A stretch of DNA of 63,399 nucleotides, the filler included, from Dimorphilus gyrociliatus (Eukaryota; Animalia; Annelida): assembly GCA_904063045.1 (NCBI GenBank). It is 4 parts of 4 records of this genome, joined end to end, with 100 filler letters (N's around TTAATTAATTAA, not from the genome) between each part and the next. Parts side by side here need not be neighbours in the genome. Positions count along the whole stretch, not along the records: positions 1 to 28,619 come from CAJFCJ010000143.1; positions 28,720 to 47,294 come from CAJFCJ010000195.1; 2 more parts are not named here. One strand, given 5' to 3'. The position numbers and the translations under genes were made by a program. Positions within the stretch are counted from its first letter, which is position 1, and every line of letters starts with the position of its first letter. The notes beneath the pieces are model-generated. The model was not told the origin of the DNA. It searched no databases and saw nothing but the letters and a program-made list of their open reading frames with translations. Shown here piece after piece: positions 25,060 to 37,533 of this stretch.

Positions 25060-27737
25060 TCAAATTTTATCAACTGGATGTAAATGTGTAAACCTTCCGC
25101 ATATCTCTTGATTTATAAAATATGTTAATATAACTTTAAAATTAAAAGGAATGATTGAGTTTACTTCAAATTTAATACATGTTTCAAGTAAGTTTTTTGA
25201 ATTTTTAATCATCAATTGATGACGAATACTGTCAACTATATGAAACTGATATTCATAATCATCATATTGAGATCTTAATAGGTAAAAAAAGTTGAGAGGA
25301 ATGTTAGCCTTTGTAACAAAGACATCTTTATGGTAAATTTTCTTCTTTTTCAAGTCTTTTTTTATATTTTATTAAAAGAAATATTTTTTTGAGAAGTGAA
25401 TGAGAATATTTTTGCAGTGAATCTTACAGTTAATAATTTTAAGAGGTATCAACTCTTTGTGCTTCTCTTTCCTCTCTAGAAAGTAATTTAAATAAACTTC
25501 CAACAAAGAATATAATGTAAAAACTCTATTTGTTGGGAAATGAAAGTAATCCTGATTTCTTTTTTTACAATATTCATTCATTTCCATTAGACTTAAAGGG
25601 TTTTTTGATTTGTAAAAGTAATAACAAAAGTTTTTATATTTTAAAGTTTTGTCACCAAAACAACTGAAATCTTTTTCAACATAAATATAAATGTCTATAA
25701 AAAATAATTGTATAAAAGTAGTCACTTTTTGATATAGACTCCTTCAGACAAAGAATTATTGGTAAATCTGGAATGGAACTAAAAAAAAAACAGAAAAACA
25801 CTTTAGAAAAAGCTGGAAATGAATTTTTTTTATTTTTGTAATAAAATACTAGAGACTCTCGATGCTATATGAGAAAAGGCAGTTTTTGATAAATGTTACA
25901 TTTTCTGAACAGAAAATATATTGTTTTGTTGAAAGAGACAAAAAATTTTTGAATGCAACATAATCAAATCCAAAACTTTTACAAATGACCTTATATGCAA
26001 AAGAAGAAGCTGAAACTTCAACCCATTTGTTCTGTAGAAATTTTTGAAGTCTTCCACTAAACTTCTGATATGTGTGATTAAATCTTTTCGTTAGTGATAG
26101 CGTAACAATTTCATTATTTTCATCTTTTCCTATCATTCTATAATTTTTATCTTGATGTAAAAGAATAGTTTAGTTAGAGGTTTACAAGAAAATTGTAATG
26201 GAAGAGTTTAAAAACAAAATTATGCAGTCAAAAACCTCTTCCCTTACATTCTCATAACAGATACAATACAAAATGTTCATAGATCACAAGAGAATGCTGA
26301 TATATTGACAAAAAATGTCCATAAAAAGATGAATTTAACTTTACTTAACTCTATTAAAAACCCTATCTAAATCAATTGAATATCTACAATCACTTGGACA
26401 TTTCCTGTCAATTCCTTTCCTCCTTTTTCAAAAAGAAAAAAATTAGATAGTTTACCTTGATTATCGTATTTACCACAGTTACTTTCTACAGATAATGTAT
26501 ACTTTGCATAGTTGTCATTGTTGTCATACTGACAAAAAGCTATAACAGAGTTTTTGATATAACAAATTGGTCTATTTGCCTTTAAAAAAAGATTTACAAT
26601 TTCAAGATTTTATTTTCTAGATTTTTGAATGCGAAATAACCTACCAAATTTGGGGGATATGGTTTGCTATATCTACACCCCTTTTCTATTGGAATAGAAT
26701 CTAATGATTTACAAATATATTGACATAGTTTAAAAGAAAGTTGGTCATCTAACGACACAACGACAAGCGAAAAAGTTCCAAGTGTTTTTGACATAACAAG
26801 AAAATTTCCAATCGAAAAATTTCTATGAACAGTTCTTGAATATGGATGTCCTTTTTCTATAAGTTGAATTTCTAAGATAAGACAATAAAGGCAAGATTAA
26901 TTTGAATGGGAATATTTTCATTTTCATACCATTCAATTCAGTAAAATTACAAGATTTTATTGAATAATTTGTATTTTGATAAGGTGTTGCAATAATTTTA
27001 TCTTTGTTGTACTCAACAATAACAGCATTTTCATTTATAATGTTTCCAATTTGTTGAATAGAAATAAAATATTCAGAATTTTTACAAATATTACTTTTGT
27101 TGTCATTGACAATTGGATAAATGAAATTTAACTTTCTTAAGTACATGTAAAACATATTTACATCAGTTTGTAAACCTAAAATATCTTGAATATAAAATCA
27201 GAAAATAAAAGAAAAGTCAATTAAAAAAAAGCAGAAATGGAAGAGAAATATATTTTTTTTAATAAATATTACATTCTTCATCATTTTTAAAACATATTAT
27301 GTTCAGAACTATTGAAGTATATAGTTTTTTTTCACTGTTTTTAAAAAATCTCTGGAAATTTGAAAGGTCACTATTTTGCAAAAATTTACTTACTATCTAC
27401 AACATTGATTCTTTTCCAAAAAGAACAACTTTAAAGTAACTCTATCATTATTTAATAAACTTTCATAAGATTTCGAATATATTGAATCATAGCCCATTAT
27501 TTTACAAAGAAGATTACTCTGATTTTGATAAAATCTCTCGCCTGAAATGTAGTATGAAATATTTTTTGAATTTTTAGCAATTATTCTTCCATCCACTTTG
27601 CCATTTGCTTGATAGTATGGTTCAATGGAAAATTTATAATTATTATTTAAATGTTGACTACCATTGCATAGTAATTTAACAGATAGAGATAGAAGTATAT
27701 GCAATAAGAGAATTACCATAACTATTTTGTACCTCAA
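25060..27737 (-). CDS. Signal peptide + SRCR-like and C-type-lectin-like exons of a multi-exon extracellular protein
   Basis: MRYKIVMVILLLHILL signal; DGRI..NLLCKIMGYD and SGRL..W..VICKSFGF SRCR-like; YKNFCYYFY..MNEYC lectin-like. Confidence 0.55.
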
Positions 27738-27993
27738 CCTTTATTTTTCCTGCTATTGGAAATAGTATAGTAGTGTTTGAATGTTGTTCCTATAGATATA
27801 AGATTTTATCAGCTGGCAACAAGCCAATATCAGAAAGTTTAATTAAACAAGAGATTCAAATAACAATACTCTTAAAGAACAATTTCATGTTTAACAACAA
27901 AAAAAGAAAGAATGAGGTAAATAATACAAGAATAAAGGTTACCTGAAACTTTCACTCATTTCACAACAAATAGCAACATAAAGGGGAAGGAAT

Positions 27994-28317
27994 ATGATAG
28001 CTTTCCTCCTTGTTGAAACATTCCTTCAATATTTTACATTACAAGTTAATGGAGAAAAAGTCCAAAATTATACTCTTTCAATTAAAGCAGATATTGAAAC
28101 AAAAACAAAAATTGATGGATTGCTTATTGCCTATGATTTTTATTTAAATGATACAAATATTGTAAATCTTTCACCAAGTATTGAAAGTTCAACAAATGTC
28201 ATTTGTAAAAGTATGGGATATGATCATATAAAATCAAAAGTATATTCTTGTTATATCAATAAAACAAACAAGGCTATTAATGTCATTGTTGAAAATAATT
28301 CATGTTGTAAATTGTAA
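27994..28317 (+). CDS. First exon(s) of a divergent paralogue with an SRCR-like domain
   Basis: DGLLI..NVICKSMGYD..NSCCK aligns with DGRII..NLLCKIMGYD..NQCCR of 27393-27737. Confidence 0.55.
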   Translation: MIAFLLVETFLQYFTLQVNGEKVQNYTLSIKADIETKTKIDGLLIAYDFYLNDTNIVNLSPSIESSTNVICKSMGYDHIKSKVYSCYINKTNKAINVIVENNSCCKL

Positions 28318-28619
28318 GTAGTAGACATTTTAAAGTGTTTCTTTATTATATAATCATTTTTTCATTATTTTATATAAAAAGTAAAAGAGTATATTTGAAT
28401 TTTTTCCTTGAATATGGAAGATGTATTGTATGTTATAAAAATGATGAAGGATGTAAATAAACACAATTTTAAATGTTTAAATTTTAAATTTTTTAAATTT
28501 TTGAAAAAAAAACTATAGATATTTTAGGCTTAAAAATTCAAATGAACGTTTTTCATATGTATTTAAGAAAATCAGATTTTCACTATCCAATTGTTAATGA
28601 TAATAAAGATATTTGTAAA

Positions 28620-28719
28620 NNNNNNNNNNNNNNNNNNNNNNNNNNNNNNNNNNNNNNNNNNNNTTAATTAATTAANNNNNNNNNNNNNNNNNNNNNNNNN
28701 NNNNNNNNNNNNNNNNNNN
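28620..28719. other. Artificial contig linker
   Basis: 44 N + TTAATTAATTAA (stops in all six frames) + 44 N. Confidence 0.97.
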
Positions 28720-29935
28720 GAAAGATGATGAGTTTATTGCAGAAAAGAGAGACTCTGTTAGTATAACCAATGAAGAAAACAATCAACAAACCAAATCAAC
28801 TAATCTAGTATAGAAAGAAATAATGAACAAATAGTAAATACAGCTGAGGAAACCAAGAATAAAACAGCAACTGAAGAAAAGGATAAAAATGAGGAAGAAA
28901 GGTTTACAGATCAAATCAGTGTTGAAAATGATCTTACTGAAATGATGGAAACAGCTACAAATGAAAATGATAACAAATTTTGTTCAAGAGACATTTCAAA
29001 TGAGACAATCATGGTGCTTGTGATAAAGAATCTGTTGTTACAAAATTACATTTGTCAAAAAATTTGAATTAGGATCACCATTAAAAACATCTTCACCAAT
29101 AGAAACTACTAACAATATCTCCATTGATTCTAGTGAACTGGATTTGTTTGATGAAAAAGCCTGGTTGGCATTGGAAGAGATGAGGTCTCAAGATCACTGC
29201 AAAGAAGCAAAAAAAATGGGTATAGATGGAGCCAATGCACTTGTTTTGAGTATGACAGATTGCATCAAAAAATATAAGGGATGGAAAATGATATTGAGGA
29301 ACAATTATAGAAAAGATAAAAAGCTGATTGATATTTATAGAGAATGGGGAAAGATTTCTTGTCAGACAAGGAGGCAAAAAACTTTTCAAAGTTATTGCCA
29401 CAAATATACAAATGAAAACAGAATTTTTTATGATATCTGACAGTTCATTTAGAGATATTCAAGTCAAAACTATCTCAATATAGCCTCCAAATATAAAATT
29501 GCTAAAAATGGAATATTAATCAACATTAGCCAATTAAACTATGAAGATATTTTACCCATTTTAAATAAACTGGAATATTCAATGTCAATATATATTCATA
29601 CATACAAATTTAAATTCTCCTAAAAAACATATGGATTAGCAAAATTTCTAAAGAACAAGTATGGAACTTGCAAGAATGTGATCATAGCCATTCCATTTGG
29701 CACAAAACTATTTTCTGCATACAAAGATATTCAAATGGCAACTAAGAAACAAGCCACTGTTCTTGATATGACTGATATGAGAAAATTGGGATTTACAGAT
29801 AATCCAACTGGAAATTCGAAATGTAAACACCTGACAAAGAAGGCACAAGAATTTTCAATTGATTTAGTAATGAAAACTTTGCAGAATTATCAAAGATCAG
29901 AAAGAGGAAACAATGGACATAGATACATCAACTAA
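28720..29935 (+). CDS. ORF1 of element A: acidic N-part plus putative SGNH/GDSL esterase domain, frameshifted
   Basis: Joining frames gives RIFMISDSSFRDI (block I), ILINISQLNYED (II), YIFIHTNLN (III), KHLTKKAQ (V). Confidence 0.5.
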
Positions 29936-29946
29936 CAAGTATATTA

Positions 29947-32623
29947 ATGTCTGGATTTAATTTCTATAAACAATTAAATACTCAATATGTTGTTAATTTG
30001 AGCAAATATCAGATTCCAAATGATGTCAATAGTTTTTTTAATCTTGGTTTAAAGTTTGTACATGAAAGTATAAAACCAGACAAATGGAAGCAATACACAT
30101 TGTTCAATTTAGAGAGATTCTTTAAAAAAGTATCAATCATTAAAAAACAAAATAAATCAACAAATCTGGAAAATCTTAGATGTATTAACTATCAATGGAT
30201 ACCAAAAGAAGGATTTGAAAGAAATATAACATCTGTTGAAGAACTAGATGATACTGATGATGATGATGGTGGTGATGGTGACAGTGATGAAATGTTACAA
30301 TTTTTCAAAGGATGCAGAAAGGCAATTCAAAGTAATATTTTTAAAGAGAATTCTAATCAAAACTTGGAAAATTTGACAAAGATTTCTTTAAATCTCTGAG
30401 AAAGTTTTTATCATTAGACATTGTGATTAAGCCAGCTGACAAGGATCTTGTGTTGTGATACAAAATACTGAAGATTATATCTACATGTGCAATCAATTAC
30501 TTTCTGATAATAAACAATATTGTAAACTATCAACAACTTCTAATATAAATATTTCTGGTAATAAATTTTTAGAAAAGTCAATTTTCTATTATAAAGACCT
30601 AATTAAAACATTTAAAGTTACCTTGGATGAAAAAGAATATAAACATTTGTTGGATTCTCTGTGTACAAAGAAGCATTCTTTTGAGAATAGAATATTTTAT
30701 GGCTTACCTAAAATACATAAGGAACCAGAACAATGGTTGGTTGATGGTAAAATTCCTAAAGGAAGGCCTGTTGTTAGCAATTTAAGGACAGAATCTTATG
30801 AAATATCAAGATATATCTCACATCACCTCAAACCAATTAGTATACTACATTCTTCATATATTGGTAATTCTAAACAACTGTTGGATGAACTTAATAGAAT
30901 AACAATTCCAGATGATGCTCTTTTGGTGACTCTGGACATAAAAAGTATGTATACAAACATTGATACTTACACTGGATTGAAAGCTGTAAAATATTTTTTT
31001 GAAAAGTATTCCTACAAGCACAGACCTGATGATTTTCTTATTCAACTTCTCAAATTCAACTTGCATAAGAATCATTTTAAATTTTTAGATACAATATACT
31101 TACAAAAGAGTGGTTGTGCTATGGGTCAAAGTTATGCTCCTGCTTATGCAAACTTATGGATGGCTTGGGTGGAAGAAGTGTACCTCTTCAACATTAGACC
31201 TAAACCTCTATTTTATAAAAGATATTTGGATGATATTTTCCTAATTTGGACAGGTAGCATTGATACATTTCATAGCTATCTTCAAAAAGTCAATAATATA
31301 TTAAAAAATTTAAAGTTTGAGGGAACAACTAGTTTTCAATCAATCAACTTTTTAGATTTAATTCTATTTAAAGGAACAAGATTTCTCTCAACAAATCAAT
31401 TGGATCATCTAACTTTCTTCAAAAATTGTGAAACATTTCATCAACTTCATAGAACTTCTTTTCATCCTAAACATATCTTTAAAGGACTTTTAAAATCTCA
31501 ATTCAAAAGATTTCTTAATAACAGCTCCTCTCCATTTCTATTCTTTCAAACTTGTCAAACTGTGATGAAACCACTTTCCAGTCAAGGCTACAGTGCTAAA
31601 GAAATAAGAAAAGCAATACAGTCTGCAATTAAAGACCAAATGAAGAAAGAAAACTATGAAAGAGTGTTGGAAGAAAATAGAAAGACACAGTGGAATATTC
31701 CAAAGGAATTAAGAATATATTTTAACATAAGAAAAAAGATATTCTGCCCTCTAAACATGAATTTCATTTATAGGAAAAACTGTGTAGATTTAATTACAGA
31801 TAACTCAAAAGTATTTCTATTACAATGTAAAGAATGTGGACAAATGATGTACTTTTCTATACAACAACATAAAAAAATCAGCATCTTACAAACACTTAAA
31901 TACCTTCTATCAAGAAAATATTTGGAATTGAATAATATTGACCTAGTAGAAAACTATATCCAGCATCAACATTTTGCAGAAAATCAATTTAATATAACAA
32001 TATTTCCTTATGAACAATTGCAAAGAGATAAATCAACAATTGAAATGAACAGATATATTTATCACTTGAATATGAAAAATGTCATGTATTATCCCTTTGG
32101 CTTAGCCAGATATACCAGTTGTCCAGTATATTCAAAGCTACCATTAATTATGCCTTATAGAAATGATCATGGACCAGTGTTAAAAAAATTAACAAAAACC
32201 TATAAATTATTAAGTGATAAGAATTCCATATTTAAAAACATTCCTCTGATATTTGCTTTTACAAACAACATAAATAGTTATTTTCAATTAATTCATAAAA
32301 ACATTTATTTTAAACAGGAACAAAATATGTCTACTTCCTTATTTCATAAAAGAAATACAACTAGTACAGATTCATCAGAAAAATGTCATTTTTCACTAAA
32401 TAAAACAGGAACATCAACAATTAAACATTTTTATAAAAAGAAGAATGCAGAAGAAACATCTTCACTTAGTGCACCACCTCAACCAGGAAAAAAACCAAAG
32501 TTTGATACAATTACAAGAAAATTCACTATGAAGAGGAAGATGGAGAAGGAAACAGACGAACATAAACCAGTAGTTGCAGAGAAGATGGTTAGAACTGGAA
32601 GAAGAATTAAGAAGAAACTTTAA
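29947..32623 (+). CDS. Penelope-like reverse transcriptase with C-terminal degenerate GIY-YIG domain (element A)
   Basis: VVNLSKY..LGLKF, IKPADK, FYGLPKIHK..GRPVVS, LDIKSMYTNI, GCAMGQSYAPAYANLWM, RYLDDIF, INFLDL, HPKH..KSQ. Two 1-nt homopolymer deletions near 30373 and 30442 split it. Confidence 0.93.
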
Positions 32624-32713
32624 ACTTTCAATATTTTTTAATTAGTTGTTTTCCTTTGAATATTTGTTTTGTTTGCTTCATAATAATTTGCTTTTCACTG
32701 CATATATCTGTAC

Positions 32714-32758
<45 letters not shown>

Positions 32759-32863
32759 TATTCTATGTATTCTTAGATTTGTTCAGTTCATATCTATAAT
32801 ATTCTTTTTGTGTAGAATATACTAAATTTTACTAAATTATTTTGTTTTTATAGATTTTCTATA

Positions 32864-33927
32864 ATGGCAAATAATACTCCACAAAATCAAATTGAAAGAA
32901 TAGAAAATGATGCAATTCTTATCAATCAAATAATTGATATTGAACATTTTTTACCACCATCTTTTCAACAATTTTTTAACTTTGGAACATTTTATAATCA
33001 TCTTCAAAGATTTAGAAGAGATGACAGAAATCATCCTCCAATTTTTGATGCAAGTAAATTTGAAAAAGATACTGTAGACAAACTGATGAAATTTAAACAA
33101 TTTTGTGATGAAAAAATGTGGCTTGTTGAACAACACCAAGTAAATAATATAAATAAACAACAACTTGGAGAAGTGATATTAAGATATTTGAATGGTACTG
33201 ACCAGCTTGTAAGATTTAATAATACAATCAAAGTTAATAGAAGAAAACATTTCAATGTTGGTGAACTACTAGCATCTTTTGCAGATATTGGAGTGAATTT
33301 AACAGAAGGGGAAATGGAAAATCTTATGAAAATTCAACAACCAGCAGTGAAATTTACTACCAACTGTAATTTGCTTCTCTTAACAGATGCTAGTTTGAGT
33401 GATTTGGATTTGTTTCAAATAGAAGATGTTAAGAGGAATATCAATTTTCATGGAAATATTTTGATTGTAAATATTTGTGGATTAACATTTGAAAATTGCA
33501 AAGAAATTTATCAAAATGGAAGATAAAAACTAACATTGTAGCTCTACATATTCCTTTTGACACCATTAATGATATTGATGATAATTTTCCAGCTATTTAT
33601 CAAAGTAATGGAAATATTAAGGAATGTATGCTGTTTATATCATACAAAGTTCAGGATAATTTTAATAATCAACAATTTCTACCAGAAAGGTTAAAAAAAA
33701 TGTTTACAAATATTGTTTATATCAATGGCATTATAAGAGGAGATCCTTTTCATAGAAGACTCCAACAGGACAAGATATCTCCTTTAAGAAATATTGTTCA
33801 ACATTTAATTTTTAATGAGATATTAGTAAACACTAAAGATGTGATAGAACAACAACAAAGAAGAACTGGAAGAAGAAGATTAAACAGACAAGATATTCAG
33901 GCTATAGAGGAACAACACAATGAGTGA
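32864..33927 (+). CDS. ORF3 of element A (~350 aa after one frameshift), SGNH-like without the catalytic Ser
   Basis: Overlapping ORFs 32864-33526 and 33496-33927; homologous along its length to 42790-43860; LLTDASLSDL, ILIVNICGLTFEN, GDPFH motifs. Confidence 0.7.
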
Positions 33928-34961
33928 AATTAACAGACCTATCAAAACTAAATTTCAATCTCTGTATATTTTATATAAACACTTTGATATTTCTCTAGTT
34001 TAAAATAGTAATATTAGCATAATATAACTATGTATTTATATCAATGCAAAATTGATTAGGTGTGTGACACACTGGAATGCCAGAGGCTGACATATCACTT
34101 CTTATATAATACCAAATGTGTCTAGGCTTGGGATACTAAAACTTTTATGTAATACCAGATACTTGTCAAGATAAACTGACATATCTTAGGATATGTCAAT
34201 TACATAACACTCCTCTATATAAGCTACAAGGTCTATCAAACATCATCACTTCAAGAAAATTCTCAGAACAAGAAGGACTGCTCTCTACAAAAACTCTGTT
34301 TAGTGATTCAACATCTACATACTACAAAAGATCATTTTTCTACATCAAACAACTCTGAAAGAAAAAACAAAGTAAGCTATATGTTTGTTTGTTCATTTGA
34401 GAAATTAAAGATACTATAATGTTTTACATTTATGTATCTATTTGTTTATATATGTTCAGGTGACTTTAAGATGTTATAGTTGATTTTCATCAATTTCATT
34501 TCTTTCATTAACACTATAAGACCTGTCAGACAACTTGGATTATATATCTTGCTGTTTAACAGTTCAAAAATTGTTCAATGAGGAACAGGAACAAATGAAA
34601 ATTATAAACTCTGGCATCTTTTGTAAACATTATATACACATTGTACCTACATTATATCTAAACATACCAATAGGACAACAAAAAAAACCATTAGGCAAAT
34701 AACTATATATCAGACCAAAGAAAATTTCAATAACTGAAAAGTAAGCAACTAGATATTACAAAACAAAAGTCATCTTATTGACAAGTATTACAAAGAATCA
34801 ACTTCTATGGTTGATATTCATCCATACATATATAAACCTACAAATACACATACAATTTCAACATCCATACAACAAGAACATTCTTGCAAGGAAGGATTCA
34901 ATTATAAAATTGGTCCTCTCCTCCCCTTCAAGATAGTTCTTAGGTTATACTATCCTCTGAA

Positions 34962-35016
34962 TTGACCCTGATGAGTCTTTGCATTAAAAGGGGAAGACGA
35001 AACCATGGTAGGTCAA
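34962..35016 (+). ncRNA. Minimal type I hammerhead ribozyme 1
   Basis: TTGACC-CTGATGA-GTCTT..AAGAC-GAAA-CCATGG-TA-GGTCAA; predicted cleavage after GUA (35010). Confidence 0.93.
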
Positions 35017-35800
35017 CCATACTTGGCAACCATCTAGATTAATATATCCTAGGTTAAACATACTATTGCAATTTAAAACCAAATCAAAAACAAACAAACA
35101 GACATAAATTGATTAGTGATGGGAAGAGTACTTGTTTTAAAATGTACAATAAGTTCTTACTCTTGCATTCCATTTCATTATGGGATCTTCTGAAAGTTTG
35201 GTGGAAGTTATTTGACTTTCATCAGAACTGAGACCTTAGTGTCTAGTTCAAACCTATATAAAACCTAATCACAAGTAAGAAGAGTCAAGGGGTTTTGAGG
35301 AACAGTACAAGTTGAACTTAACATCTGATCATCACAAATTCAATCAAAAATTAAAAAACATCAACTTTTATCCATTCAAAACAAATAAAAAACATATTTA
35401 CACACAAACATACACACATGCATTCATTGTTAAAAACAAAAGTTCTTATGAATACCATATATAACCTCACAAATTATATAAAAAATTAGGCATCAAAATA
35501 CAACTATCTATATGACCAAAATCATCTTCATAATCCTAATAGGAAACAAACTAAAAAAATTACAAAAAAATTACAAAAAACAAATCTCAACTTGTTGACA
35601 ACTATTACAAAAATCAACTTCAATGGTTGATATATACATTCACAATCACACATACACCTACACATAATGATACATATACATACATATAACAATTTATGAT
35701 TAGGCTTATAACCAAAAACTTACTGCAGGGAAGGATTCAATTGTAGAATTGATCCTCTCCTCCCCTTCAAGATAGTTCTTAGGTTATACTATCCTCTGAA

Positions 35801-35855
35801 TTGACCCTGATGAGTCTTTGCATTAAAAGGGGAAGACGAAACCATGGTAGGTCAA
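35801..35855 (+). ncRNA. Hammerhead ribozyme 2
   Basis: Same sequence as ribozyme 1. Confidence 0.93.
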
Positions 35856-36639
35856 CCATACTTGGCAACCATCTAGATTAATATATCCTAGGTTAAACAT
35901 ACTATTGCAATTTAAAACCAAATCAAAAACAAACAAACAGACATAAATTGATTAGTGATGGGAAGAGTACTTGTTTTAAAATGTACAATAAGTTCTTACT
36001 CTTGCATTCCATTTCATTATGGGATCTTCTGAAAGTTTGGTGGAAGTTATTTGACTTTCATCAGAACTGAGACCTTAGTGTCTAGTTCAAACCTATATAA
36101 AACCTAATCACAAGTAAGAAGAGTCAAGGGGTTTTGAGGAACAGTACAAGTTGAACTTAACATCTGATCATCACAAATTCAATCAAAAATTAAAAAACAT
36201 CAACTTTTATCCATTCAAAACAAATAAAAAACATATTTACACACAAACATACACACATGCATTCATTGTTAAAAACAAAAGTTCTTATGAATACCATATA
36301 TAACCTCACAAATTATATAAAAAATTAGGCATCAAAATACAACTATCTATATGACCAAAATCATCTTCATAATCCTAATAGGAAACAAACTAAAAAAATT
36401 ACAAAAAAATTACAAAAAACAAATCTCAACTTGTTGACAACTATTACAAAAATCAACTTCAATGGTTGATATATACATTCACAATCACACATACACCTAC
36501 ACATAATGATACATATACATACATATAACAATTTATGATTAGGCTTATAACCAAAAACTTACTGCAGGGAAGGATTCAATTGTAGAATTGATCCTCTCCT
36601 CCCCTTCAAGATAGTTCTTAGGTTATACTATCCTCTGAA

Positions 36640-36694
36640 TTGACCCTGATGAGTCTTTGCATTAAAAGGGGAAGACGAAACCATGGTAGGTCAA
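36640..36694 (+). ncRNA. Hammerhead ribozyme 3
   Basis: Same sequence as ribozyme 1. Confidence 0.93.
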
Positions 36695-37478
36695 CCATAC
36701 TTGGCAACCATCTAGATTAATATATCCTAGGTTAAACATACTATTGCAATTTAAAACCAAATCAAAAACAAACAAACAGACATAAATTGATTAGTGATGG
36801 GAAGAGTACTTGTTTTAAAATGTACAATAAGTTCTTACTCTTGCATTCCATTTCATTATGGGATCTTCTGAAAGTTTGGTGGAAGTTATTTGACTTTCAT
36901 CAGAACTGAGACCTTAGTGTCTAGTTCAAACCTATATAAAACCTAATCACAAGTAAGAAGAGTCAAGGGGTTTTGAGGAACAGTACAAGTTGAACTTAAC
37001 ATCTGATCATCACAAATTCAATCAAAAATTAAAAAACATCAACTTTTATCCATTCAAAACAAATAAAAAACATATTTACACACAAACATACACACATGCA
37101 TTCATTGTTAAAAACAAAAGTTCTTATGAATACCATATATAACCTCACAAATTATATAAAAAATTAGGCATCAAAATACAACTATCTATATGACCAAAAT
37201 CATCTTCATAATCCTAATAGGAAACAAACTAAAAAAATTACAAAAAAATTACAAAAAACAAATCTCAACTTGTTGACAACTATTACAAAAATCAACTTCA
37301 ATGGTTGATATATACATTCACAATCACACATACACCTACACATAATGATACATATACATACATATAACAATTTATGATTAGGCTTATAACCAAAAACTTA
37401 CTGCAGGGAAGGATTCAATTGTAGAATTGATCCTCTCCTCCCCTTCAAGATAGTTCTTAGGTTATACTATCCTCTGAA

Positions 37479-37533
37479 TTGACCCTGATGAGTCTTTGCA
37501 TTAAAAGGGGAAGACGAAACCATGGTAGGTCAA
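37479..37533 (+). ncRNA. Hammerhead ribozyme 4
   Basis: Same sequence as ribozyme 1. Confidence 0.93.

Noticed and set aside
28620-28719. Functional link between the receptor genes and the retroelement chain
   Set aside because: Separated by an artificial linker
30455-32623. Telomerase (TERT) or Naiad/Chlamys-type PLE
   Set aside because: No TERT T or CP motifs seen; the endonuclease remnant is C-terminal rather than N-terminal, and the frame has no internal TGA
32719-32756. (TA)n run between RT and ORF3, plus (CT)n ~17480 and (GA)n ~56570
   Set aside because: Ordinary microsatellites; the TA run is absent at the equivalent position in element B
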